DNA from: a bacterium
GTDB lineage: Bacteria > SM23-31
Reading direction: 5' to 3'
Length of the DNA stretch: 64,000 nt
Assembly (NCBI GenBank): GCA_965249485.1
Contig: OZ252239.1
Location: forward strand, 352,001-416,000
A program made the position numbers and the translations under genes. The notes beneath the pieces are model-generated. The model saw only the letters and a program-made list of their open reading frames with translations, made no database searches and was not told where the DNA came from. Shown here in pieces: positions 49,458 to 60,106 of the stretch. Each line of letters starts with the position of its first letter. Position 1 is the first letter of the stretch.

Positions 49458-52241
49458 TTATTTATCATCTTCTTTCAGGCGTTCCAGATATGGGACGCCT
49501 TTTTTTATCCAGTCGGGAGCAGGTTCGTCTTTGAGAAAGTGGAGAAACCACTCCCGGACACTCTGTGCATAGTGCTGGCGGTTTTCTTTCTTTGAAAGTG
49601 AATGGTTTTCACCTTCGTAGACAAGCATTACCACTTCTTTCTCCTGCCGGCGCATTGCATTGAACATTTCAACCCCCTGATTCCAATCAACTGCACCATC
49701 TTCATCTCCGAATGCAATGAGGAGCGGTGTCTGGATATTGTTCACACCGAAAACCGGAGAATTACGCACAAACCCATTCCAATCATTCCAATAAGGTTCG
49801 GGCAAACGGCCCTGGCTTGTTTCAAAAATGACCTGATTGGTACCACCGGTATTCCAGTAGATTGAGCTGTACATGCTGATCATATTGATAAGTGGTGCGC
49901 CGGCAACGGCTGCTGAAAAGAGGTCTGTCCTTGTAATAAGAAACGCTGTCTGATACCCCCCCCACGAATGACCCATCAGTCCGATCCGGTTTTCATCGAT
50001 GTCGCCCCTTTTGAGGACCTCACGGACAGCCGGTACAACACTTTCAACAGCTGATAATCCGGGGTCACCGACACGGTAGACAATATCAGGCTCATAAACA
50101 AAAAATCCCAGATCGGAAAATACGCGCTGATTGTATGCATATCGATTAGAGGGTATGGAGTAGTTGTGGAGGTTTTGTGAGCGTTTTTCGTAAATGAATA
50201 CGATCATGGGATATTTCTTTCCGGGATCGTAATTCGCGGGATATAGGAGCATTCCCTGAAGGGGCTCACCGTGATCGTTTTCAAAATTGACCAGCTCCGT
50301 ATCCGCCCAATGAAATTCATCCTGCTGCAGATTGGTGTGTGTCAGTTGTACCGGTTGTTCAAACGAAACATTCGACAGAAACAGGTTCGGCGATTCGTCG
50401 GCTTTCTGTTTCGTAAAGTAATATACTTCCATATCCTCTGCCTTCCGAAGACGGGTTATCCGCCGCGGTTCATAAATCAGCTTTTGCAGATTCTTTCCGT
50501 CTTTAAGCCGGTAATAGCCCGAGTCTTTTGTGCTGTCTCCGGTAGCGGAAAGGAAGATTGTTTCGCCGGATTCGTAAAATTTCTTTTCTGTATCCATCCA
50601 GTATTGTCTAAACCTGATTTTCTCAGGTGCACCTTGTGTCAGCTGTTCGGCTTTTGAGCCGTCCGGTTTAACTTTCCAAATATCGTACTGGCCATAGAGA
50701 AGCACTGCTTTGTCACCTTCAAACCACCGCCCTTTCCCCCAGGGCCGCGGCTCGGCAACCGGCTGGTCGATCTTAAAATTGTCGAAACGTGAATCGATAT
50801 TCTGTGTGAGATTCGAGTGAAGTTTCCGCTCAATATCATAGGTCCACCAGTTTTCATTCCTAAAATAGATGAGATACTTTCCGTCGGGAGACGACTCTAC
50901 TGATCGGGAATATTTTTCGAGAATATGCTCACGCTCACCTGTCTGAACATCGACGATATAGACATCTTTCCACGAGTCCTTGAATGCCGGTTGATACGGC
51001 AATGCATCATATCCAATTGCAAATTCTTGATCGCTGCTCAGTGTCACTACTTTCAGGCTGTCGTCATTGAGCCGCACAACGGTGTTTCTATCGATATGCC
51101 ATGCTGCGTAATAGCTATATTTTTTATCGATTTCGGATGTTTTTTTCTGCCGTGGCTGAATGTTGACATCTTTCCAGTGCCAGATATCGACTCCGGGCGG
51201 CGGCAGGTCGTCTTCATCATCCTTTTCCTCATCGCCGTTTTCTTCATTTTCTTCATCGTCTCCGTTGCCGTCCTCATCCTCCTGCTCTTCTTCCTCGTCC
51301 TGATCTTTCTTTATCCATTCCTGCATTCCGAAGAAAAGCGCAGAGCCGTCTTTCGACCACGTTAACCGTCGTTCGTCTCCAACAATCCTGTATCCTTCGG
51401 GGAATGTTTCGTCATCAGCTGGATCATATGGTACTAAATTGAAATTTTTCTTATCGATGTCCCGTACTGAAAAGATTTCATGTGTATTCTCTTCATAGTC
51501 TTCATCTTTGACAGCCTTCAAAAAGGCGAGCGCGTCTTCATCATCATGCCAAACAAGTCCAAGATATTCGGCACGGTCGCTGTCGAGAACACGGTATGAA
51601 TTGTTTTCAAGATTGTAGAGATAGACACCGTTACCAAACGAGTCATCGGTCTCCTTAATGACCGCAAGAGCTGAACCTATTTCGCTGAAAGCATAGAAGG
51701 AAATATCACCGATCAGATGATCGATTCCCGATTCTAGATTCCGGTACACAAGTCCGGTACCCCCGTTTATCTGACCTTCAGGTTTGTATTTTCTCAGGGC
51801 GATGAACTTCCCATCATCAGAAAAATCGAACCGGTTTATAGCTTCGATCGTGTCGACTGAACTATCGGCAAGCTTCAGGATTCCAACTTTGGAGCGGATT
51901 TCTCCTTTCGACTTCCTGATCTTATCCCGTTCTTTTTGGGGCACATTAATGTTGAACGCCAGCCATTGTGAGTCATGAGAGAACATAGGGTTCGAAGAAA
52001 CGTGGAACGTGTCTTCATTCATAGTTGCAATCTGCTTTACAATGAGCCATCCGTCACCGTCGACCAGCGAGATAGTATAGGCGAACCATGCGCTGTCATT
52101 GGATATTTCTGTCTGGGAAATTATCTCCCATTTTTTAATATCTTCCGGTGTGAGATTTTTCTTCTGAGCTTGCAGGAACGTTGTTTGAAGCAACATACAA
52201 AACAGCACGGACACAATAAACTTCGTAGTGTGTGTATTCAT
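49458..52241 (-). CDS. S9 family prolyl oligopeptidase-like secreted serine peptidase
   Basis: Signal peptide; propeller region with VDIWHWKD; GHSWGG, DGAV, GENH catalytic triad. Confidence 0.93.
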   Translation of the reverse strand: MNTHTTKFIVSVLFCMLLQTTFLQAQKKNLTPEDIKKWEIISQTEISNDSAWFAYTISLVDGDGWLIVKQIATMNEDTFHVSSNPMFSHDSQWLAFNINVPQKERDKIRKSKGEIRSKVGILKLADSSVDTIEAINRFDFSDDGKFIALRKYKPEGQINGGTGLVYRNLESGIDHLIGDISFYAFSEIGSALAVIKETDDSFGNGVYLYNLENNSYRVLDSDRAEYLGLVWHDDEDALAFLKAVKDEDYEENTHEIFSVRDIDKKNFNLVPYDPADDETFPEGYRIVGDERRLTWSKDGSALFFGMQEWIKKDQDEEEEQEDEDGNGDDEENEENGDEEKDDEDDLPPPGVDIWHWKDVNIQPRQKKTSEIDKKYSYYAAWHIDRNTVVRLNDDSLKVVTLSSDQEFAIGYDALPYQPAFKDSWKDVYIVDVQTGEREHILEKYSRSVESSPDGKYLIYFRNENWWTYDIERKLHSNLTQNIDSRFDNFKIDQPVAEPRPWGKGRWFEGDKAVLLYGQYDIWKVKPDGSKAEQLTQGAPEKIRFRQYWMDTEKKFYESGETIFLSATGDSTKDSGYYRLKDGKNLQKLIYEPRRITRLRKAEDMEVYYFTKQKADESPNLFLSNVSFEQPVQLTHTNLQQDEFHWADTELVNFENDHGEPLQGMLLYPANYDPGKKYPMIVFIYEKRSQNLHNYSIPSNRYAYNQRVFSDLGFFVYEPDIVYRVGDPGLSAVESVVPAVREVLKRGDIDENRIGLMGHSWGGYQTAFLITRTDLFSAAVAGAPLINMISMYSSIYWNTGGTNQVIFETSQGRLPEPYWNDWNGFVRNSPVFGVNNIQTPLLIAFGDEDGAVDWNQGVEMFNAMRRQEKEVVMLVYEGENHSLSKKENRQHYAQSVREWFLHFLKDEPAPDWIKKGVPYLERLKEDDK

Positions 52242-52503
52242 ACCATTTCCACCGTTAGGAATTGTTGTGTATAATCATAGACAAATCATACCGATTTATA
52301 TTCAAAATGAGTTGGGTAAATCGCTTGCTCTTAGGGGGCATTATATTTGAAAAGACAGATAAAATCGGTATAATGTTTCAGACAAGATACTGTAATTTTG
52401 TTACGGAATGAACATGAATTTTCAAAAGAGTGACTAATAATAAAAAATATGATTTCCGAAATGTGGAATTATTTCGTATTTTTGTAGTATAAGTATGTAG
52501 TAT

Positions 52504-52855
52504 GGGGACGAATTTGGCTTCGACGGGATCGAGAAGTTATCGGTAGCATACCGAGTTTCCGGCAGACTCGTTAAACGGCTGGACCAAAAAGTAAGTGCAG
52601 ACGATAGTTACGCACTGGCAGCTTAATTAGCTGTCCGTCGTCACGACCTCCACCCTGCCGGGGGTTGCGAACGGCGTCGATTCAGGCAGGGGTAAACCGC
52701 TGTCTTTCCGGATCAGCGGTGATCCTACTCTCTCCGGAATACCCGGTACGTTTCCGGTCCGCAGGGTGCGAACTGGGAAAATTAAGAGCGGACTGAGTAT
52801 GGAGAAGCCGGTAGTAACTTTATTTCGGACGCGGGTTCGAATCCCGCCGTCTCCA
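52504..52855 (+). ncRNA. ssrA: tmRNA
   Basis: 5' GGGGACGAATTTGGCTTCGAC; 3' GCGGGTTCGAATCCCGCCGTCTCCA (CCA not encoded); tag ORF 52597-52626 encodes ADDSYALAA*. Confidence 0.97.
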
Positions 52856-53175
52856 CGACATAGCCGTAACTTGTTTATTATACAATAGGTTACGGTGTTT
52901 TGTTTTAAAGAATTCCCTTTTAAATGTCCAGACAGTGTCAATTATTTGAAACTTTAGGTCAAAATGGAAGTTTATTCATCTTTTTAGTGTTTCAATGTTG
53001 TAAAAATCCTTCTCTACTTACTTATTGACATACCCTTATACAATAAGTATCTTTTACAATTCAATTTTTAAGAATCATGGATCAAGCTTTTCCCCAATAA
53101 AATGCGATAAATCGTTTCGTACGTATTATTGCCATAGTATTTGATATTTTTCAATATCAAATATAGGGAGAAAAT

Positions 53176-53898
53176 ATGTCTAACACTCCTCAGGTGAATT
53201 TTTTCTCACCACAAACCGAACACGCCCGTCAAAACAAAAAGATCATTCTTACGTTTGTTACGATTTGGGCTGTTGCTGTTTTCGGTTTTCAGTTCCTATT
53301 AATGGTGCTAAACACACCAACTCCTGAAGCAAACTACACTAAATTTGAGAAACTTTGGCCGCAGGTTCAGGTCGAAAATCCCTCAGATGCGAATTTGCAG
53401 GATTTTAGTAAAGTTGTACTTTCTGTTCTCGGTAAAAACATTGCACTAAAACCGGAGCATAAAAGTACTCTTTCCGAAACATTATGCTGGAACGTAAACA
53501 GCATACTCCCGGATACTCAAAAAGAATCGTTTATCAGTTTTGCAAAAAGCAATGATGGTTATTCTAGGAATACCGAAGTAATTGCAAATGTGACTCAAGC
53601 TTTAAATTTAAAACCCGAAGGTTTTGAAAAACTGATGATAAACTTATTGCCAACATCCCTGATGTCGCAAAATCCGGCAGAACTTTCATTAACTGCAATG
53701 ACCGATCTTCCCGGAATTATGAAATTGTACCTTGTTCATAATCAGAACTTTTTTACTGACTTCAAATTTATGGGATTTCCTTTTCACTACTGGTACACAG
53801 CACAATTTCTGCTAATATTGTTTGTGGGATTGTGCTTGTCTTACGTAGTACTAATTGAAAAACTTAACAAGGAATACAACCTTTTTGAAGACGAATAA
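53176..53898 (+). CDS. DUF4212-like small partner of a solute:sodium symporter, with a large inserted domain
   Basis: N-terminal TM IW..AVFGFQ and C-terminal FMGFPFHYWYTAQ....FV.L...Y signature, separated by about 145 soluble residues. Confidence 0.78.
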   Translation: MSNTPQVNFFSPQTEHARQNKKIILTFVTIWAVAVFGFQFLLMVLNTPTPEANYTKFEKLWPQVQVENPSDANLQDFSKVVLSVLGKNIALKPEHKSTLSETLCWNVNSILPDTQKESFISFAKSNDGYSRNTEVIANVTQALNLKPEGFEKLMINLLPTSLMSQNPAELSLTAMTDLPGIMKLYLVHNQNFFTDFKFMGFPFHYWYTAQFLLILFVGLCLSYVVLIEKLNKEYNLFEDE

Positions 53899-53933
53899 AT
53901 CCAATGAGTTTGATTTTATAAAAGGAGATAATT

Positions 53934-55610
53934 TTGAATTCATTTAAGAAGTTTTTTATGATATTACTATTTGTTGCATTTAGTACAAGCTCTGCTTTTG
54001 CACAGGCCGCAAATACGCTTGAGGGAGATTATAAAACAGGTCCGGCAATTATTTTGATTTTTATGCTTTGTATTTTTCTAGCTGTAGGTTTTATGAATAG
54101 AGCAAAAGATACCTCAACATACTGGGCAGCCGGAAGAAAAATATCACCAGTGGGCTCAGGAATGGCAATTGCATCTAACTGGATGAGTGCTGCTTCCTTT
54201 CTTGGAATGGCAGCGATGATGTATGGATCGGGATATCACGGTTTATCGTACGTTGTTGGCTGGACAGGCGGATACGTTCTTCTACTAGTTCTAATGGCAG
54301 GACAGATTCGAAGATATGGTAAATTTACGGCTGCTGATTTTATTGGGGACAGGTACTATTCGCAAAAATTAAGAGCAGTAGGCGCTTTTTTAACCATCTT
54401 TATTTCATTTTCATATTGTGTCGGACAGTTCGCTGGTATCGGACTTATGTTCAAATGGATTTTTGGAATACCTACTGCATGGGCTGTTGTTATTGGTGCT
54501 TCCGTGGTATTATCATATACTTTAATATCAGGTATGCTAGGAGTAACCAAAAACATGCAGATACAGTATTTGATCATCATTATATCATTTATAATTCCAT
54601 TGTTTATCCTCACTTATAAATATGGTTACTTTTTTATGGTTCCGCAAGTAGGTTACGGCTCTGTAGTTTCAGATGTAGTTTCCGGATTAGCTCCCGGTAA
54701 AGGATTAACTGCCATGGGGCATGATTTTGGGATATTGCCATCACCGGAATTTGCTATGCCGTGGGACCCGGCAACAGGAATGAGCGCCTTCCAGTGGATA
54801 GCAATCTGTTTTTCTCTTATGATTGGTACAGCGGGTCTTCCACATGTTATTCAGAGATTTTACGTTGTTCCAAACGCAAAAGATGCAAGAAGATCGGTTG
54901 TGTGGGGACTATTTTTTATCTGTATCCTTTACTGGAGTGCACCGGTTTATTCCGCTTTCGGAAAGATGTTGTCATCAGATCCAGAGGTAGGAATGTTAGC
55001 CAAAGATGCTATTGTCGTTTACACTGCACAGCTTGGAGATTTATTCCCACTCGTTGTTGGATTGTTGGCGGCCGGAGCTGCTTCCGCCGCATTTTCAACG
55101 GTATCAGGATTGCTAGTTGCAGGAGCCTCGGCTTTTTCACATGACTTGTACTACAAAGTTATCAATCCATATGCAACCGAAGCAAAGCAAATGTTAACGG
55201 CTCGCCTAGCAACTATTTTTATGGCAGCAGGTGTAGCGATAATTGCTCTTATGAACCTGGGGCTTATTGCCCAGTTGGTGGCGCTGGCATTTTCACTTGC
55301 CGGATGTACGATATTCCCATTGTTTCTACTTGGAATTTGGTGGGGAGGTTCGAATAGAACAGGTGCTTGGGCCGGTCTTGCCGCAGGTGGTTCGGTTTCA
55401 ATGATAGCCTTGGTTTACTTCAATGTAGGAAATATGGGCGGAACGTTACCTTTCCACGGTTTCATTACATATTATCTGAATGCCTGGTACTTTGCATGGT
55501 TAGGTGCTCCATTGGCGATAATATTTAATATTATCTTCTCGAAATTGAGCAACGATAAAACACCTGACGATGTACAGGAACTTCTCGCAAAACAAGTGCA
55601 CAATTATTAA
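53934..55610 (+). CDS. Cation/acetate symporter ActP-like (SSS family)
   Basis: GMAIASNWMSAASFLG, GWTGGY, RRYGKFT..DF.GDRY, LMIGTAGLPHV..RFY, ARRSV, STVSGLL...ASAFSHD. Confidence 0.92.
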   Translation: MNSFKKFFMILLFVAFSTSSAFAQAANTLEGDYKTGPAIILIFMLCIFLAVGFMNRAKDTSTYWAAGRKISPVGSGMAIASNWMSAASFLGMAAMMYGSGYHGLSYVVGWTGGYVLLLVLMAGQIRRYGKFTAADFIGDRYYSQKLRAVGAFLTIFISFSYCVGQFAGIGLMFKWIFGIPTAWAVVIGASVVLSYTLISGMLGVTKNMQIQYLIIIISFIIPLFILTYKYGYFFMVPQVGYGSVVSDVVSGLAPGKGLTAMGHDFGILPSPEFAMPWDPATGMSAFQWIAICFSLMIGTAGLPHVIQRFYVVPNAKDARRSVVWGLFFICILYWSAPVYSAFGKMLSSDPEVGMLAKDAIVVYTAQLGDLFPLVVGLLAAGAASAAFSTVSGLLVAGASAFSHDLYYKVINPYATEAKQMLTARLATIFMAAGVAIIALMNLGLIAQLVALAFSLAGCTIFPLFLLGIWWGGSNRTGAWAGLAAGGSVSMIALVYFNVGNMGGTLPFHGFITYYLNAWYFAWLGAPLAIIFNIIFSKLSNDKTPDDVQELLAKQVHNY

Positions 55611-55636
55611 TAATGTAATAAAACTGTAATAAATTT

Positions 55637-55668
55637 AACGGGGGCAGAAATGCTCCTGTTTTCTTTTT
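55637..55668 (+). terminator. Rho-independent terminator after the symporter
   Basis: aacgggggca-gaaa-tgctcctgtt followed by T-rich sequence. Confidence 0.7.
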
Positions 55669-55890
55669 ATAATTCAGCAGTCTTTTCTTGCTTGTCGGCT
55701 TATTTGTGAATTCGCAGAAGAAAGCACACTATTTCCAATAGTAAGAGACCAAAAACAGCGTAAAGAATATCAAAAGAATTACGAAAAACAAAAGATAATT
55801 ATCTTTTACAATTCAATTCTTAACTTGAACGGATCAAGTATTACCATATTTAATTATACTAATATTTCTCATTGAGGATTCATTATAATT

Positions 55891-56001
55891 ATGATCGGAA
55901 AAACTATATTACATTACAAAATCATCGAAGAACTTGGCAATGGCGGGATGGGTGTGGTGTATAAAGCTGAAGACACCAATTGTTTAGGAAATTTGGCATA
56001 G
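55891..56001 (+). pseudogene. N-terminal stub of a Hanks-type Ser/Thr protein kinase
   Basis: [29 protein letters not shown] (subdomain I glycine loop), then unrelated NCLGNLA* before the VAIK lysine. Confidence 0.85.
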
Positions 56002-56168
56002 TTGAAAATCCGAAAGTGTCCATGTAGTGTCCACTTTTTTGTGAAAGATAGTGAAGTCTAGGGGGAATCTAGCTGTTCAATAATCCTCATAACTCTTTAT
56101 ACAGCACTATTTTACGCACAAAATACAAAATCATCAAAAAATACGGGATAGTTTCCCGCCGTCTCCAC

Positions 56169-56208
56169 AATATAGAAATGCTGTAATTTATTACAGCATT
56201 TCTATATT
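56169..56208 (+). terminator. Perfect 18-bp hairpin directly after the right att repeat (probable displaced ssrA terminator)
   Basis: aatatagaaatgctgtaa-ttta-ttacagcatttctatatt. Confidence 0.6.
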
Positions 56209-56672
56209 CTTACTATTATTGATCAATTTCAGAAAAGTGTTTTAAATCTCTCGCAATTTTTATAAATATCTTCTTATAAATCCTTTCTAACAATAATTTC
56301 AATATTTTTTGAAATATCCCAATGTGACTTACTATAAAGATGCAATTCGAGAAAAGAAATAAATTGATATTTTTAGTTGAAACTACGGAACTTTTTGTTT
56401 TTTAGTGAGTTAATTCAAGTGTATTTTTCAGGTTAATAAATCCAATCAAGATTACAGTATTAATTCTATTTCATGACATGATAAAATGATCAAACATCCT
56501 TCGTAAAATCTTACAGCAAGTAATTTGAATATATTTTGACTATCTTATATACTGTTATTGAGATTATAAGTACTGCACTTATTTTAATTTAAATTGAGTG
56601 TTGTTTTTTGATCGGAATACATTAATAATACAAATATCAAGATTGTCAATCATTCATTCTGGAGGGTAGCCC

Positions 56673-57425
56673 GTGAATCCTGTATCAAAAAATATCATGA
56701 TTGAAGCAAACGGTTTGAGTAAATACTATGGTCAATTTATTGCCATAAAAGACATTACGTTTTCTATACCTGAAGGTCAAATTGTCGCGTTTCTAGGTCC
56801 AAACGGCGCCGGAAAAACAACAACCATGAAGATTCTCAGTGGATTTTTGGCACCGACCTCAGGTACCCGAGCAATTGCCGGGCTTGATGTGCAAAGTGAC
56901 AGGCTTAATGTGGCGAAACAACTTGGGTATTTGCCTGAAAATGGTCCTCTGTACCAGGACATGACACCATTAGAGTTACTTTCCTTTTTTGGAGAAGTAC
57001 GGGGCCTTGAACCGGTAAAATGTAAGGAACGGATTGATTATGTTAACAAGTTGTGCTCTTTACAGGAAGTACTCGATAAACCGATCAATAAGCTCTCTCG
57101 AGGATATCGTCAACGTGTCGGTATGGCACAGACCCTGCTTCACGATCCGGATGTCTTGATTATGGATGAACCGACTGCAGGTTTAGATCCAAATCAAATT
57201 CGAGATTTTCGAACAAATGTTAAAGAGTTAAGAAAAACCAAAACTATCCTGATTTCCACGCACATATTACAGGAGGTTGATGTTATTGCCGATCGAGTGC
57301 TTTTAATAAATAATGGAAAACTCGTATTTGATGGAACACCGAACGAGTTAAAAGATAAAGAGTCTCTCGAGCAATCGTTTTACCGCTTAACTGAGAATCA
57401 TGTAGCATTGCAGGAGGGTAACTAA
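56673..57425 (+). CDS. ABC transporter ATP-binding protein, GldA-like
   Basis: GPNGAGKTT, GYLPE..PLY.DM, LSRGYRQRVG, IMDEPT.GLDPNQI, STHILQEV. Confidence 0.93.
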   Translation: MNPVSKNIMIEANGLSKYYGQFIAIKDITFSIPEGQIVAFLGPNGAGKTTTMKILSGFLAPTSGTRAIAGLDVQSDRLNVAKQLGYLPENGPLYQDMTPLELLSFFGEVRGLEPVKCKERIDYVNKLCSLQEVLDKPINKLSRGYRQRVGMAQTLLHDPDVLIMDEPTAGLDPNQIRDFRTNVKELRKTKTILISTHILQEVDVIADRVLLINNGKLVFDGTPNELKDKESLEQSFYRLTENHVALQEGN

Positions 57426-57427
57426 AT

Positions 57428-60103
57428 ATGAACCTCATAAAGTTACATGTCAATTGGAATATTGTTAAAGCTCTGGCTGTACGGGATTGTCGGTTATATT
57501 TTACCAATCCTACAGGCTATGTGTTTATTACGCTTTTTATTTTTTTAAGCGCCGCATCTTCATTCTGGCAGGAGCAATTTTTCTTAAACTTCCTTGCGAA
57601 TCTTGAACAGTTAAACAACTTCTTTCCCTATTTACTTTTACTATTTATTCCTGCATTAACAATGGGAGTCTGGGCAGATGAACGGAAGCAGGGTACTGAT
57701 GAACTACTCCTAACACTTCCCGGAACCGATTTGGAAATTGTTGTAGGTAAGTACTGTGCTATATTGGGGATTTATACTGTTGCATTAATCTTATCACTCA
57801 GTCATGTAATTGTCCTCATGTATTTAGGAAGCCCGGATTTGGGATTGATGTTAGGTAATTATCTTGGGTATTGGCTCATCGGCGCATCCTTTATTTCAGT
57901 TGGTATGCTTGCGTCGCTCCTTAGTCCGAATGCTACGATAGCATTTATACTTGGTGCTGCGTTATGTTCTTTTTTTACGTTTACAGAACAAATAAGCTCT
58001 ATTTTAGGCGAATATCTTCAACGATTGATTGTAGTTCTTGGTGTGACTGAATATTTTAATGATTTTTCCCGGGGTGTCATCAGCTTTTCCGGATTGCTTT
58101 ATTTTGTGTCTGTCGCAGGTATAATAATTTATTTTAACGTTCTTTTGATTGGCAGACGACACTGGCCTCTGGAAGCAGACGGGTATAAAATGTGGATTCA
58201 TCATACAGTACGTGCAACTTCAATTGTAGTTGCTGTTATTAGTCTCAATATACTATTAGGACGGGCAACACTTCGTCTTGATGTCACTGCTGAACGGCTC
58301 CATTCACTATCGAATAAAACAGAAGAACTTTTATCGGAGATCCCCAATAACCGTCCCGTTTTCATTCAGGCATTTATTAGTGATGAAGTTCCACAGCCTT
58401 TTGTACAAACTCGGGAAAATCTTATTGGATTTTTACGCGAAATCGATGCTTTGGCTGAAGAGAGAGTTGAAGTAATCATACATACTACAGAAATGTATTC
58501 TGATGAAGCACGTGATGCCCGTGAAAAATTTGGTATTGTACCACGTGACATACCCAGCCATGCAGGTGCTCGCCAACAATTGGCGAAAGTATTTATGGGA
58601 GTTGCTTTTACGAGTGGCGCAGAAGAGGAAGTCATACCGTTTTTTGATCGTGGTTTGCCTGTAGAATATGAACTAATCCGCAGTATCAGTATGGTATCAA
58701 GATCACAGCGCAAGCGAATCGGTGTGTTAAATACAGAAGCAAAAATATTTGGGGGATTTGACTACCAAACTATGAGAAGTGATCCGTCATGGGAGGTTGT
58801 TAGAGAATTGGAACGACAATACGAAGTGACACAAGTATCAGCTAATGAGTCCTCTACTGAAGAACTTGACGGATTATTAGTTGCGCTGCCTTCTACTCTT
58901 CCACAGGATCAAATGGATAATCTGGCGAACTATATTGAGGCTGGTATTCCAACACTTCTTTTAATTGATCCTTTACCTACGGTCAACATACAACTTGCAC
59001 CGATGGTACAACCCGGCGCAAATCAAAATCCGTTTATGCAGCAGCAACAGCCTCCTGTTGAAAAAGGTGATATAATGAGTTTTTTGCGTCGATTTGGTGT
59101 TAATTGGAGCATCTCCGCTATAGTATGGGACTCATACAATCCTCATCCATCAATGGCGGCTCTACCACCAGAAGTTAATTTTCTCAGTGCATCAAACAGC
59201 GCATCTCAGTCATTCAACATTGAACACGAATCTTCGTCAGGATTACAGGAATTAGTGATGTTGTATCCCGGAGCAATTGCTCCTGCAGCGGAAGCGAATT
59301 ATAATTTTACACCTCTCCTGAAAACAGGCAAAACAGGTGGTATGGTTGATTACCGTAATCTTGTTCAACGTACATTTTTTGGCGTGCAGCTCGTACAGGG
59401 GCTCCCGCATCACCCAACACCGTCTGAATATACAATGGCTGCAAATATAAAGGGCAATTATATTCCAAGCGACAGTACGAAAATGCCATCTGAAATTAAC
59501 CTCATTGTCATTGCGGATATTGATTTTATCTCAAGTCAGTTTTTTGAAATTCGGAAAGCTGGAATGGCCAATTTAAATTTCGACAATGTAACATTTTTCT
59601 TGAACTGCATTGATTTACTTATCGGAGACGCATCTTTTATCGACCTGCGAAAACGACGTGTCCGTCATCGTACTTTGGAGACATTAGAAACAAAGATGCG
59701 CATATTTGAGGAGCAACGCATTGAAAACGAACAATTTGCTGAACAGGAGGCTCAAGGAGCGCTTAACCAGGCTCAGCAGCGACTAAACCAAAAAGTCGCT
59801 GAAGTACAACAGCGAATCGATCTTGACGCACAAACCAAACAGATTATGGCTCGTAATCTTCAGGAAGTTGAAAATAGGCGGTTTGAAGCATTGAAATCAC
59901 AAATTGAATCTGATAAGGAAGCACAGATTTCACGGAGCCAGGAAGAGATGGAAGCCCAGGTACTATCGATTCAAAATAATATTAAAAGTATGGCTGCCTT
60001 AATTCCTCCTATTCCTGTTCTTTTAATGGGTATTTATATATTTATGCGAAGAAAAAAACGGGAACAAGAAGGTGCATTACAAGAAAGAAAATTGAGGAGT
60101 TGA
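57428..60103 (+). CDS. Fused GldF-like permease and GldG-like ABC auxiliary protein
   Basis: YF..P.GYVF, PALTM..WADERKQGT.ELLLTLP, DVT..RLHSLS..T, EYEL, IADIDF, N..FFLN.ID.L; coiled coil and C-terminal TM. Confidence 0.88.
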   Translation: MNLIKLHVNWNIVKALAVRDCRLYFTNPTGYVFITLFIFLSAASSFWQEQFFLNFLANLEQLNNFFPYLLLLFIPALTMGVWADERKQGTDELLLTLPGTDLEIVVGKYCAILGIYTVALILSLSHVIVLMYLGSPDLGLMLGNYLGYWLIGASFISVGMLASLLSPNATIAFILGAALCSFFTFTEQISSILGEYLQRLIVVLGVTEYFNDFSRGVISFSGLLYFVSVAGIIIYFNVLLIGRRHWPLEADGYKMWIHHTVRATSIVVAVISLNILLGRATLRLDVTAERLHSLSNKTEELLSEIPNNRPVFIQAFISDEVPQPFVQTRENLIGFLREIDALAEERVEVIIHTTEMYSDEARDAREKFGIVPRDIPSHAGARQQLAKVFMGVAFTSGAEEEVIPFFDRGLPVEYELIRSISMVSRSQRKRIGVLNTEAKIFGGFDYQTMRSDPSWEVVRELERQYEVTQVSANESSTEELDGLLVALPSTLPQDQMDNLANYIEAGIPTLLLIDPLPTVNIQLAPMVQPGANQNPFMQQQQPPVEKGDIMSFLRRFGVNWSISAIVWDSYNPHPSMAALPPEVNFLSASNSASQSFNIEHESSSGLQELVMLYPGAIAPAAEANYNFTPLLKTGKTGGMVDYRNLVQRTFFGVQLVQGLPHHPTPSEYTMAANIKGNYIPSDSTKMPSEINLIVIADIDFISSQFFEIRKAGMANLNFDNVTFFLNCIDLLIGDASFIDLRKRRVRHRTLETLETKMRIFEEQRIENEQFAEQEAQGALNQAQQRLNQKVAEVQQRIDLDAQTKQIMARNLQEVENRRFEALKSQIESDKEAQISRSQEEMEAQVLSIQNNIKSMAALIPPIPVLLMGIYIFMRRKKREQEGALQERKLRS

Positions 60104-60106
60104 GCT

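Larger units (their letters stand above)
52842..56168. mobile_element. Genomic islet integrated at the ssrA 3' end, with no integrase gene
   Basis: 15-bp direct repeat TCCCGCCGTCTCCAC at 52842-52856 and 56154-56168; paired TGTCCA-type arm sites near both ends; AT-richer cargo. Confidence 0.8.

Noticed and set aside
51210..51310. Low-complexity tct/tca repeats in the S9 peptidase
   Set aside because: They encode an acidic D/E linker, which is common in this family; not an independent repeat element.
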